This document shows positions 36,589-48,051 of a stretch of 50,383 bases of DNA, piece after piece. The stretch spans positions 1-50,383 of the forward strand of contig JAPKZI010000233.1 of the NCBI GenBank assembly GCA_026393865.1, in the 5' to 3' direction. The DNA comes from Candidatus Aminicenantes bacterium. GTDB lineage: Bacteria > Acidobacteriota > Aminicenantia > Aminicenantales > UBA4085. A program made the position numbers and the translations under genes. The notes under the pieces are model-generated. The model saw nothing but the letters and a program-made list of their open reading frames with translations. It was not told the origin of the DNA and did no database searches. Position 1 is the stretch's first letter. Every line of letters starts with the position of its first letter.

Positions 36589-37071
36589 CTAAGAAAAGCC
36601 GCGGAGGATCTTCCGGATGATATGGGTGCTGGAATGGCCTCGGAGATAAGGGGCGCGGACGACCCGGCCGCCGGCCGCTTCGACCTCCGCCCGCCCGACG
36701 ATTTCCCCCGTCCCCCAATCGCCGCCCTTGACCAGGACGTCGGGGAGAAGCGCGGCGATGATCCTGCGGGGCGTGGCCTCGGAGAACGAGGTCAGAAAAT
36801 CGATATCGGCGATCGCCGTGAGGACCTCGAATCTTTCCTTGAGCGGAAAGATGGGGCGCGAGGGGCCTTTGAGCTTCCGGATCGAGGCGTCCGTGTTGAG
36901 AGCGACGACGAGAACGTCGCCGCAAGCCTTGGCCTTCTTGAACAAGGCGATGTGCCCGCCGTGGATCAGATCGAAACAGCCGTTGGTGAAAACGACGGTC
37001 TTCCCATGCCGGCGGAGGCGGTTCCGGATTTTTTTGAGATGGGCTAGGTTTTGGATCTTCGTGTTTCTCAT
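36589..37071 (-). CDS. rfaE2: D-glycero-beta-D-manno-heptose 1-phosphate adenylyltransferase (RfaE domain II)
   Basis: VVFTNGCFDLIHGGH, LNTDASIRKLKGPSRPI, PDVLVKGGDW, SSTHII. Confidence 0.9.
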   Translation of the reverse strand: MRNTKIQNLAHLKKIRNRLRRHGKTVVFTNGCFDLIHGGHIALFKKAKACGDVLVVALNTDASIRKLKGPSRPIFPLKERFEVLTAIADIDFLTSFSEATPRRIIAALLPDVLVKGGDWGTGEIVGRAEVEAAGGRVVRAPYLRGHSSTHIIRKILRGFS

Positions 37072-37088
37072 ATCATCGCTTTGAAGAC

Positions 37089-37172
37089 GGTGACACGTAT
37101 AAAACGGTGACACGCACCGAATTCCAGAGAATTCGGAGCGCGTCACCATTCATTTTGTCGGAGCATGTCACC
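37089..37172. repeat. Nested family D palindromes
   Basis: Inner GGTGACACGCACCGAATTC-caga-GAATTCGGAGCGCGTCACC (37106-37147) lies inside an outer GGTGACA...TGTCACC. Confidence 0.75.
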
Positions 37173-38484
37173 CTTTATCCAATTTGCCCGGCCTTTTGAA
37201 CTTGATTTGGGGGGTGAAGGTCCAGGAATGGGACAAGCGGACGACACCGACATCTCTGAGGGTGGAGGAGACCAGGAACGAATACAGGTTCCGGTGATAA
37301 TCGTAGGGATAGCCGTCGCGCTTGTGCACGGCCAAGTCCAGGTAATAGGTCCCGTTGATCAATCCCAGCCGCTCGATCCGGCAGGTGACCTTGCCCTCGC
37401 CGCTGATCGAAACCGGCTCGAGATCATCGAGGTCCGTGTTCGTCCCATAGCAGGAGATCCCCTGGGAATTGAAAATGCCGATGCCGAAGACGAAGTCCTT
37501 GAGCGGGTCAAGGGCGGCGACGTCCATCTCGATGACCATCCCCTCCTCGGGGTGAAAGACGTGTTTTTCCTCACCGCGGGCCGTCCTGAGCGTCACCTTG
37601 CGGATCTCGATCTCCCGCTTGCCCCAGCGCTGTTCGCGCTTCTCGTCTTCGACGGCGGGTTCGGGGCCCGGGGGGGGAGACGATTCGGTCACAGCCGCCG
37701 GGATCTGGTCCTTCCGTTCCTGGAAATCTTCCTCCTGTTTGAAAACGACATCCTGGAGGTAGGCATCGACGACGCGCTTGGGTTCGCCCAGCATCTGGAT
37801 TTTGCCGCCCTTCATCCAGGCTACCCGGTCGCAGATCTTGCTCACCGTCGTCAGGTCGTGGCTGACGAAGAGGATGGTTTTTTTACGGCGGCGGAAATCG
37901 TCGATGCGGTCCAGGCATTTGGGGACGAAGGCCGCGTCGCCGACGGCAAGGACCTCGTCAATGAGCAGGACCTCCGGGTTGACGTTGATGGCGATCGAAA
38001 AGCCGAGCCGCATATACATCCCCGAGGAATAGGTTTTCACCGGAGCGTCGATGAACTGCTCGAGCTCGGCGAATCGGATGATCTCGTCGAACTTCTGGCT
38101 GATTTCCTTCTTGGACAGGCCGAGCATGATGCCGTTGATGAAGACGTTCTCGCGGCCCGAGATCTCGGGATGGAAGCCGGCGCCCAGCTCGATCAGGGCG
38201 GAGATCTTCCCGTTCACCTTGATCCGGCCCGAGGTGGGCTTGGCGATGCCCGAGATGATTTTGAGAAGCGTGCTTTTGCCCGAGCCGTTCTCTCCGATCA
38301 CCCCGAAGGTCATGCCCTTCTCCACGTGGAGGCTGACTTTGTCCAGGGCCACGACGAGCTCGTCCGGCCTTAGGGAGCGGAACAGGTCGCCCTTGACCAG
38401 GGCGCTCTTGAACGTCTGGAAGCGGTGGCGGGCCGAATATTTCTGATAGACCCGGGTGACCCGGTCGAGCTCGATGGCGTGCAT
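37168..38484 (-). CDS. wzt: Polysaccharide ABC exporter ATP-binding protein with Wzt C-terminal domain
   Basis: GENGSGKST, ELGAGFHPE.SGREN, YSSGM, IDEVLAVGD, VSHD; Wzt_C domain. Confidence 0.93.
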   Translation of the reverse strand: MHAIELDRVTRVYQKYSARHRFQTFKSALVKGDLFRSLRPDELVVALDKVSLHVEKGMTFGVIGENGSGKSTLLKIISGIAKPTSGRIKVNGKISALIELGAGFHPEISGRENVFINGIMLGLSKKEISQKFDEIIRFAELEQFIDAPVKTYSSGMYMRLGFSIAINVNPEVLLIDEVLAVGDAAFVPKCLDRIDDFRRRKKTILFVSHDLTTVSKICDRVAWMKGGKIQMLGEPKRVVDAYLQDVVFKQEEDFQERKDQIPAAVTESSPPPGPEPAVEDEKREQRWGKREIEIRKVTLRTARGEEKHVFHPEEGMVIEMDVAALDPLKDFVFGIGIFNSQGISCYGTNTDLDDLEPVSISGEGKVTCRIERLGLINGTYYLDLAVHKRDGYPYDYHRNLYSFLVSSTLRDVGVVRLSHSWTFTPQIKFKRPGKLDKG

Positions 38485-39302
38485 CAGACCTCCTCCGGGA
38501 AGGAATCGCGCAGCCGGTCGAACACCGCGTATCCGATATAGAAAAGGAGGAGCGAGATGAGGAGAACGATGCCCAGCGAGGACCAGTGGAGCGCGCGGCC
38601 GTAGAACAGGCAGTCATGATAGCCTTCCATGATGTGCGTCATCGGATTGAGGATGAGGATCGCTTTGATGGCCGGGTGCTCTTCGATGGGGGGAGAGTTC
38701 AGCGAATAGACGATCGGCGTCGTGAAGAACCAGAAGGTCAGGAGGTTGCCGAGGATGTCCTTGATGTCGCGGAAGTGGACGGTCAGGGCCGAAATCAGGA
38801 AACCGAATCCCAGGGAGAAAACGTACTGGACGAGGATGACAACCGGCAGCAGCAGAGCGTACAGGGTCAGCGTCTTGCCAAAGACAAAGAGGAACAGGAG
38901 GAGAATGGGCAGGCCGAAGCTGAAATGGATGAAATTGCTCGTCAGGGTGACGATGGGCAGGATCTCGGCCGGGAAGAGGATCTTCTTGATCAGGTTGCCG
39001 TTGATCATCAGGGTATTGGCCGATTCGATGGACGAGGAGGAGAACCAGACCCAGGGCAGGATCCCGCAGAACAGGAACAGGGCGTAAAACCAGGGCGAGC
39101 CGTCGAAGGCCGGGTCCCTCGGCTTGAGGATGAACCCGAAGACGATGGTATAGACGCTCATCAGGAGCAGAGGATTGAAGAACGACCAAAGGAAGCCGAG
39201 AACCGTGCCGCGGTAGCGGGCCTTGAGCTCGCGGCTGACCAGGTTCTGGATGAGGACACGGAACCGGTAGAGCTCCTTGAGGTTTTTAATGAGCCGGACC
39301 AC
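38484..39302 (-). CDS. wzm: Polysaccharide ABC-2 exporter permease
   Basis: RELKARYRGTVLGFLWSFFNPL, NLIKKILFPAEILP, FRDI, TPIVY, LNPM. Confidence 0.93.
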   Translation of the reverse strand: MVRLIKNLKELYRFRVLIQNLVSRELKARYRGTVLGFLWSFFNPLLLMSVYTIVFGFILKPRDPAFDGSPWFYALFLFCGILPWVWFSSSSIESANTLMINGNLIKKILFPAEILPIVTLTSNFIHFSFGLPILLLFLFVFGKTLTLYALLLPVVILVQYVFSLGFGFLISALTVHFRDIKDILGNLLTFWFFTTPIVYSLNSPPIEEHPAIKAILILNPMTHIMEGYHDCLFYGRALHWSSLGIVLLISLLLFYIGYAVFDRLRDSFPEEV

Positions 39303-40080
39303 GGTTCCTCCCTTCGAAGATCCGGCGCGTTTCGGCGGTCATGCCGCCGCGGTCGTCGTAAAGGACGAGCGGAGGCAGGACGCGCTCCGCCTTCGCCGCG
39401 AAACCGCATTCGGCCAGAAACAGGTTCGCTTCCGCGCCTGGCCTCGGATGGACATCGCGCACGGCGTGAAGATGAAGGCCGCTGGCCCGGGCGGCCGTTT
39501 CGAGATCGTCCCGCCGGCGCGGTGGAAAGACGAAATACGCCCGGCCGTCGTCCTTGAGCAGCCTGGCCGCAGCTTGCATGACCTCTACTATATCGCACTT
39601 TAATTCATGTTTTGCAACGGATTTTTCCGCCGTTGCGCTCAGGAACCCGGTCCTTTTCCGGATGTACGGCGGGTTGGCGAAAACGATGTCGAACTTCTTC
39701 CGGCGGCGGTAGGTCCGGAAATCGCGGCGGACGACGGTGATCCGGCCGTTCATCCGGTTGATGGCCACGTTCCTCCTGGCGATGTCGGCGAGAGCGGGTT
39801 GGATCTCGATGGCGGTGATGGGTCCGGTCGGCCGGAGGCCGACGAGGAGGGAGATGATCCCGCTGCCCGTGCCCAGTTCGAGGAGCTCGTCCGTCCGCCG
39901 GGTCCGGATGAAATCGGCCAGAAGCGGCGCATCGAGGGCGAAGCGGTAGCCCCTCTTTCGCTGAAGGACGAGGACGCGGCCGCGATAGAACGCGTCCAGG
40001 GTCTCGTCCTCGCGGATGCGGATCGGAGGAAGTCCGCATACCGTATGTGGTCCTGATTTTCTTATTTTGGGAGAAGACAT
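39286..40080 (-). CDS. tRNA1(Val) A37 N6-methyltransferase-like (YfiC/TrmN6)
   Basis: GYRFALDAPLL, LELGTGSG, EIQ, NPPY, AKHE. Start position is uncertain. Confidence 0.85.
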   Translation of the reverse strand: MSSPKIRKSGPHTVCGLPPIRIREDETLDAFYRGRVLVLQRKRGYRFALDAPLLADFIRTRRTDELLELGTGSGIISLLVGLRPTGPITAIEIQPALADIARRNVAINRMNGRITVVRRDFRTYRRRKKFDIVFANPPYIRKRTGFLSATAEKSVAKHELKCDIVEVMQAAARLLKDDGRAYFVFPPRRRDDLETAARASGLHLHAVRDVHPRPGAEANLFLAECGFAAKAERVLPPLVLYDDRGGMTAETRRIFEGRNRGPAH

Positions 40081-40119
40081 GACCGTATCAGAGGGAGGAC
40101 CACATCCGGTATGTGTATC

Positions 40120-41828
<1,709 letters not shown>

Positions 41829-41846
41829 TCACTCCTGCGGCGTTCC

Positions 41847-42709
41847 TTATTGTTTCAACGCTTCCACGGCGGTCATGATCTCGAGAAGCTCCTTGGTGAT
41901 ACCGGCCTGGCGGATCTTGTTCAGGCCGAGGACGAGGTCGGTGATCAGCTCCTCGGCATTCTGCGAGGCGCTGTCCATGGCCATCATCCGCGCCGCCTGT
42001 TCCGCGGCCTGGGACTCGAAGAAGGCATGGCCGATCTGGTCCTCGACATAACGGGGCACCAAGGACTCGAGCGGGGCGAATCCGGCCGGCTCCCAGTCCG
42101 GCGGCGCCGTCTGCGGTTCCGGCGCGGTCGCGTCCAGCGTTATGGGCAGCAGTCTCGTGATCGTGATCCGGGGACCGAGGACGGACTTGAACTCGTTGTA
42201 AGCGATATACACCCCGTCCGTTTCGAGAAAAGCGAAGCGCCGCATCAGGTGATGGGCCAGCTGCTGCCGTTCCCGGGCGCCGAGCTTGTCCACTTTCTCG
42301 GCATAGGCCCAGTCCACAGGATACGGAAACTTCCGGAAGAAATGGACCGCCTTCTTGCCGATGAGGACGAGGGCGACTTCGGACGACCGTCCTTTTTCCC
42401 GGATGAAGTCGATCGTCCGCGTCAGGAGATTCGAATTGAACGCGCCGCACAATCCCTTGTCCGTGGTGATGACGACGACGTGGATCTTCTTCTCCTCCCG
42501 CACGGCGAACAGAGGATGGGCGCGCGCCCCGGCCCATCGCGAGATCCTGGCCAGGAGGCCGGGGGCGTTGTGCCACTGCGGGCGGCCTTCGACGACCCCG
42601 CGCTGAGCCTTTTTGAACTTGGCCGTGGAGACGGTCTTCATCGCCTTCGTGATCTGTTGCGTGTTCTTGACGCTTTTGATCCGGCGGCGGAGGTCGATCA
42701 GAGTCGGCA

Positions 42710-42710
<1 letters not shown>
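41847..42710 (-). CDS. atpG: F1 ATP synthase gamma subunit
   Basis: ITKAMKTVS, DKGLCGAFN, ARMMAM, RQAGITKELLEI. Confidence 0.98.
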
Positions 42711-44227
<1,517 letters not shown>

Positions 44228-44233
44228 GGCGTT

Positions 44234-44776
44234 TTACCTTTCCCTGATTTTTTCCCTCAGCCGCTCCAACTGCCCTTTAAGGGAAACATCGTAGACCATG
44301 TTTCCTTTCTTGATGGTCAGCCCGCCGACGATCGCCGGGTCGAGCGCGTACGTGCAGGCGACCGGTCCGTTTTCGATCTTGCCGAGCGTCTCTTCGAGCC
44401 TGGCTCTCTGCCCGTCCCCGACGGGGACCACGGAGCGGACTTCGAAGGTGACGATGCCCTGCCGCTCCCGCCACAGCTCGGGCAGGTCGCGGACGATCCC
44501 GGGCAGGAGGTCCAGCCGCCGATGGCGCAGGAGAAGGGCGATGAGGCGGGCGCTCTTGTCTTGATAGCGTTCCAGGGCAAGAAGGTCTTGAACGATCTGC
44601 GCTTTCTTTCCAGCCGAGAGGAACGGCCGGAGAAGGACGAGCCGCAGCTCCTCGTTCTCTTCGAGCAGGGCCGAGAATTCGCCGAGCTCCCGGCCGACCG
44701 TCCGATACTCCTCCTCGGTCTTGAGGGCGCCGGCCAGGCCTTCGGTATAGCGCTTAACCAGAACTTGATTTTTCAT
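44234..44776 (-). CDS. atpH: F1 ATP synthase delta subunit
   Basis: KRYxxxL, DPAIVGG, YDVSLKGQL; operon position. Confidence 0.93.
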   Translation of the reverse strand: MKNQVLVKRYTEGLAGALKTEEEYRTVGRELGEFSALLEENEELRLVLLRPFLSAGKKAQIVQDLLALERYQDKSARLIALLLRHRRLDLLPGIVRDLPELWRERQGIVTFEVRSVVPVGDGQRARLEETLGKIENGPVACTYALDPAIVGGLTIKKGNMVYDVSLKGQLERLREKIRER

Positions 44777-45335
44777 GAAGCTCCGCCAGTTGATTGATCG
44801 ATCGGTCGATCAGCGCCGATTGTTCGCCGGCCGTGATCTTGTCCTTGATGCGGGCTTCGGCCAGCGAGGCCGCCAGTTCCGCGGTATATTCCTTGAGCTC
44901 CCGGATCCCGGCCTTGAGCTGGAGGTCGATCTCCTGCTCGGCGAACGATCGGATGCGGCTCTCTTCCTTCGCCGCCAGGGCCCGGATCCGTTCCTTGTCC
45001 TTGAGGCCCCCGGCTTCAGCGTCCTTTTTCATCCGGATGACCTCGACTTCGAGATCGGCGATCTTCCGGCGGGCCTCGTTGAGCTTCGCCTCGGCCTCGA
45101 GCCGGGCCGTTTGGGCGTCCTTCATCAGGGCCCGGACGGCCTCCGTCCGCTTCCGGAGAAATTCCCGGAGCGGCTTGCGCAGGACCATGACCAGGCCGCC
45201 GAACAAAAGGACAAAATTGATGAATTTCCCCAGCAGGCCGCTTCCGCCCGCAGCCTCCGCTCCTTCTTCGGGGGCCATAAAAAGAAACAGCGGGGCCAGG
45301 AGAAGGACGGCGACAGCGGTCTTTCTGTCCGTCAT
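44754..45335 (-). CDS. atpF: F0 ATP synthase subunit b
   Basis: INFVLL TM helix followed by a charged coiled coil; upstream of atpH. Confidence 0.88.
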   Translation of the reverse strand: MTDRKTAVAVLLLAPLFLFMAPEEGAEAAGGSGLLGKFINFVLLFGGLVMVLRKPLREFLRKRTEAVRALMKDAQTARLEAEAKLNEARRKIADLEVEVIRMKKDAEAGGLKDKERIRALAAKEESRIRSFAEQEIDLQLKAGIRELKEYTAELAASLAEARIKDKITAGEQSALIDRSINQLAELHEKSSSG

Positions 45336-45751
45336 CAATTCAACAGCCTTTTCTCGATCTCGCCGGCCAGGCGGACCGCTTCCGATCCCAGCTCCCTCTT
45401 GAGCCGGGCGATCTCGTCCTCGAGCGCGGCCCTGGCCTTTTCGATCTCCGCTTTGGACGCGGCGCCGGCCTCGGCCAGGATCCGGGACTTTTCCTTCAAG
45501 GCTTCGGCCTCGAGGGCCTCCCTCGCCTTTTCCGCGGCGAGCCGGGCCTTTTTCATCGTTCTCTCGATCTCTTGGAGGCTCTGCTCATAATCGTCCAGGC
45601 CCTTCCGGGCGGCGTCCGTATCACCCTGGACCTGCGCCTCCCGGTCCTTGACCAGCCGTGTCATGGGGTTCCAGAAAACACGGGTCAGGACGAAGAGAAG
45701 GATCCAGATGATGGCGAAAATGACCAGGAACGTCGCGTCGATTTGAAGCAT
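45335..45751 (-). CDS. atpF: F0 ATP synthase subunit b'
   Basis: N-terminal TM (IDATFL...), P..R..KDR, coiled coil; first gene of the atpF'FHAGDC block. Confidence 0.85.
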   Translation of the reverse strand: MLQIDATFLVIFAIIWILLFVLTRVFWNPMTRLVKDREAQVQGDTDAARKGLDDYEQSLQEIERTMKKARLAAEKAREALEAEALKEKSRILAEAGAASKAEIEKARAALEDEIARLKRELGSEAVRLAGEIEKRLLN

Positions 45752-45818
45752 AGGCCCGCTAAATAGACCTCTTTCGTAGTGCCGTAAAGTACCATTTTTA
45801 GGCTAAAATTTCAATAGA

Positions 45819-45903
45819 GGGCTCGGGGGATGCCGCCCGTCACCGCGCGGATTTTCCCCAGCGCGGAAAATCCGCGTGGTTTCCAACGACGTGCCCCGAG
45901 CCC
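45819..45903. repeat. Structured repeat family A, copy 2 (short form)
   Basis: GGGCTCGGGG...CCCCGAGCCC terminal IR around the GCGGATTTTCC/GGAAAATCCGC hairpin shared with 16548-16604. Confidence 0.85.
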
Positions 45904-47157
45904 ATTTTCTTGAAGGCGCCGACGAGGAACAAGGAGCCCGTGATGAGCACGAGGCCGCTCGGGCCGGCCTCGGTCTTGGCCAGCCGGATGGCGGCCTGGA
46001 GCGATGGTTCCACGGCGATCTTGTCTTTGAACGGACGGGAGAGGCGCGCGGGAATACGGAATGGACGTCAGGATGACTTTTTTGGCGAGGGGGAAGAGGA
46101 GGGAAACGACCCGCCGGATGGCCTTGTCCTTCATCACGGCAAAAACGAGGACTGGCCGTTCGCCGGGGAAATCCCCGATGTACTTCGCCAGGGCCGCCGC
46201 CCCGCCCTCATTGTGGGCGCCGTCCAGCATGACCAGCGGCCTTTTCGAGACGGCTTCCAGCCGGCCCTCCCAGCGGGTTCGGGCGATCCCCTCGACGATC
46301 TTCTTCGTTTCGAGCGGCCGCCACACCCGGCTCAAAACGGAGGCCGCGGCGATGGCGATGGCCGCATTTCTCCCCTGGTGCTCTCCCCGAAGACCGGGGA
46401 AGAAGCGGAACGATCGCCCGCCAAACGCATAGCCGAAGACGAAGCGGCCCCGTTTTTTTTCGGCCGCCAAGCGATGGTCCCGGCCGAAGGCGTTGAAGAA
46501 CGGGGCCTCGAGCCTCAAGGCCTGCTCCCGGATGACGGGCAGAGCGCCGGGCGCCTCCGCGCCGCAGACGACGGGCACGAACGGCTTGATGATCCCCGCT
46601 TTTTCGAAGGCGATCTTGGGGAGCGTCGTCCCCAGGTGCTCCTGGTGGTCCATGGAGATGCTCGTGATCACCGACACGAGCGGCCTGACGGCGTTCGTCG
46701 CGTCGAACCGCCCGCCCATCCCGACCTCGAGAACGGCGATGTCGATCCGTTTTTCGCGAAAATAGAGAAAAGCGATCAGGGTTAAAACCTCAAAAAACGT
46801 GGGGTGGGCCGCCAGCTCCCGGCGGGCCATAAGACGGGCGATCCTGAGCTTGACCTCGCGGATCAGCCGGCAGAAGTCCCGGGACGATATCTCCGCGCCC
46901 CCAACCCGGATCCTTTCTTCGATCCGGACGAGGTGAGGTGAAGTAAAAAGCCCGACCTTGAGGTCATGAAGAGCGAGGATCTCGGTCAGCATCGCGCAGA
47001 CCGAGCCTTTGCCGTTCGTCACGGCGACGTGGACGGAGGGGAACGATCGCTGGGGATGGCCGAACGAAGCCAGGACGGTGGTGATGTTCTCGAGGCCGAG
47101 CTTAATGCCGAACCGCTGGAGGTCCCGGAGATAGGCCCGGCATGCGGCGGGATTCAT
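45840..47157 (-). pseudogene. folC: Folylpolyglutamate/dihydrofolate synthase, frameshifted near 46040 (pseudogene or sequence error)
   Basis: TNGKGS, FTSPHL, EVGMGGRFDATN, DGAHN. The conserved C-terminal LITGSLFLVG lies in another frame that ends at TGA 45840-45842. Confidence 0.8.
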
Positions 47158-47948
47158 TGAGCGCGGTTAAGGAAGAGCCGCAGCGCCCGGACGACATACG
47201 TTTTCAGAGCCTTGCGAGGAACGACATCGTCCAGCAGGCCGTGCTTGAGAAGGAATTCGGAGCGCTGGAACCCCTTCGGCAGCTTCTCCTTGATGGTCTG
47301 CTCGATCACCCGGGGCCCGGCGAATCCGATCAGGGCGTTGGGCTCGGCGATGTTGAGATCGCCCAGCATGGCGAAACTGGCCGTGGTGCCTCCGGTGGTC
47401 GGGTCGGCCAGAACGGAGATGAACGGCAGGCCGGCGTTTTCGAGCCGGGCCAGGGCGGCGCTCGTCTTGGCCAGCTGCATCAGAGACAGGGCGCCCTCCT
47501 GCATCCGGGCGCCGCCCGAGCAGGAGACGATGATCAGGGGCAGCTTTTCCCGGAGGGCCCGCTCCGCCGCCCGGGTGATCTTTTCGCCGACGACCGAGCC
47601 CATGCTCCCCCCCATGAAAGCGAAATCCATGGCCGAGACGACGACCTTGATCCCCCCCATCGTGCCGACGGCGTTGACCACGGCGTCAAGAAGGGAGGTC
47701 TTTTTCTGACTGTCCTCGAGCCGCTTGCCGTAGCTCTGGCTGTCAACGAAGTTCAAAGGGTCGAGCGGATAGACCCCCTGGTCGACGAGGTCGAACCGTC
47801 CTTCGTCGAAGAGCATCGTCAACCGTTCGGTAGCGGACAGCCGGAAATGAAAGGAACAGGCCGGGCAGACCTTGAAGTTATCGAGGATGTCCTCTTTATA
47901 GAGGATCCTCTGGCAGTTATTGCATCGCGTCCAAGGATTCTCGCTCAT
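47154..47948 (-). CDS. accD: Acetyl-CoA carboxylase carboxyltransferase beta subunit
   Basis: C-x2-C...C-x2-C zinc finger, FMGGSMG, SGGARMQEG, PTTGG, IGFAGPRVIEQ; typical accD-folC synteny. Confidence 0.97.
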   Translation of the reverse strand: MSENPWTRCNNCQRILYKEDILDNFKVCPACSFHFRLSATERLTMLFDEGRFDLVDQGVYPLDPLNFVDSQSYGKRLEDSQKKTSLLDAVVNAVGTMGGIKVVVSAMDFAFMGGSMGSVVGEKITRAAERALREKLPLIIVSCSGGARMQEGALSLMQLAKTSAALARLENAGLPFISVLADPTTGGTTASFAMLGDLNIAEPNALIGFAGPRVIEQTIKEKLPKGFQRSEFLLKHGLLDDVVPRKALKTYVVRALRLFLNRAQ

Positions 47949-47960
47949 GATCGTCCAAAA

Positions 47961-47990
47961 AGTCTATCAGGTTTCTCTCGGCCTTGTCAA
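47961..47990 (-). promoter_or_regulatory. sigma70 promoter for accD-folC
   Basis: Minus strand TTGACA-18-TAGACT with TG extension. Confidence 0.6.
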
Positions 47991-48051
47991 TTTTTCGGTC
48001 CCGCGGGGGGCGTTATCACGGAGGGGACGATTTTGATGGCGGCCGGCCGCT

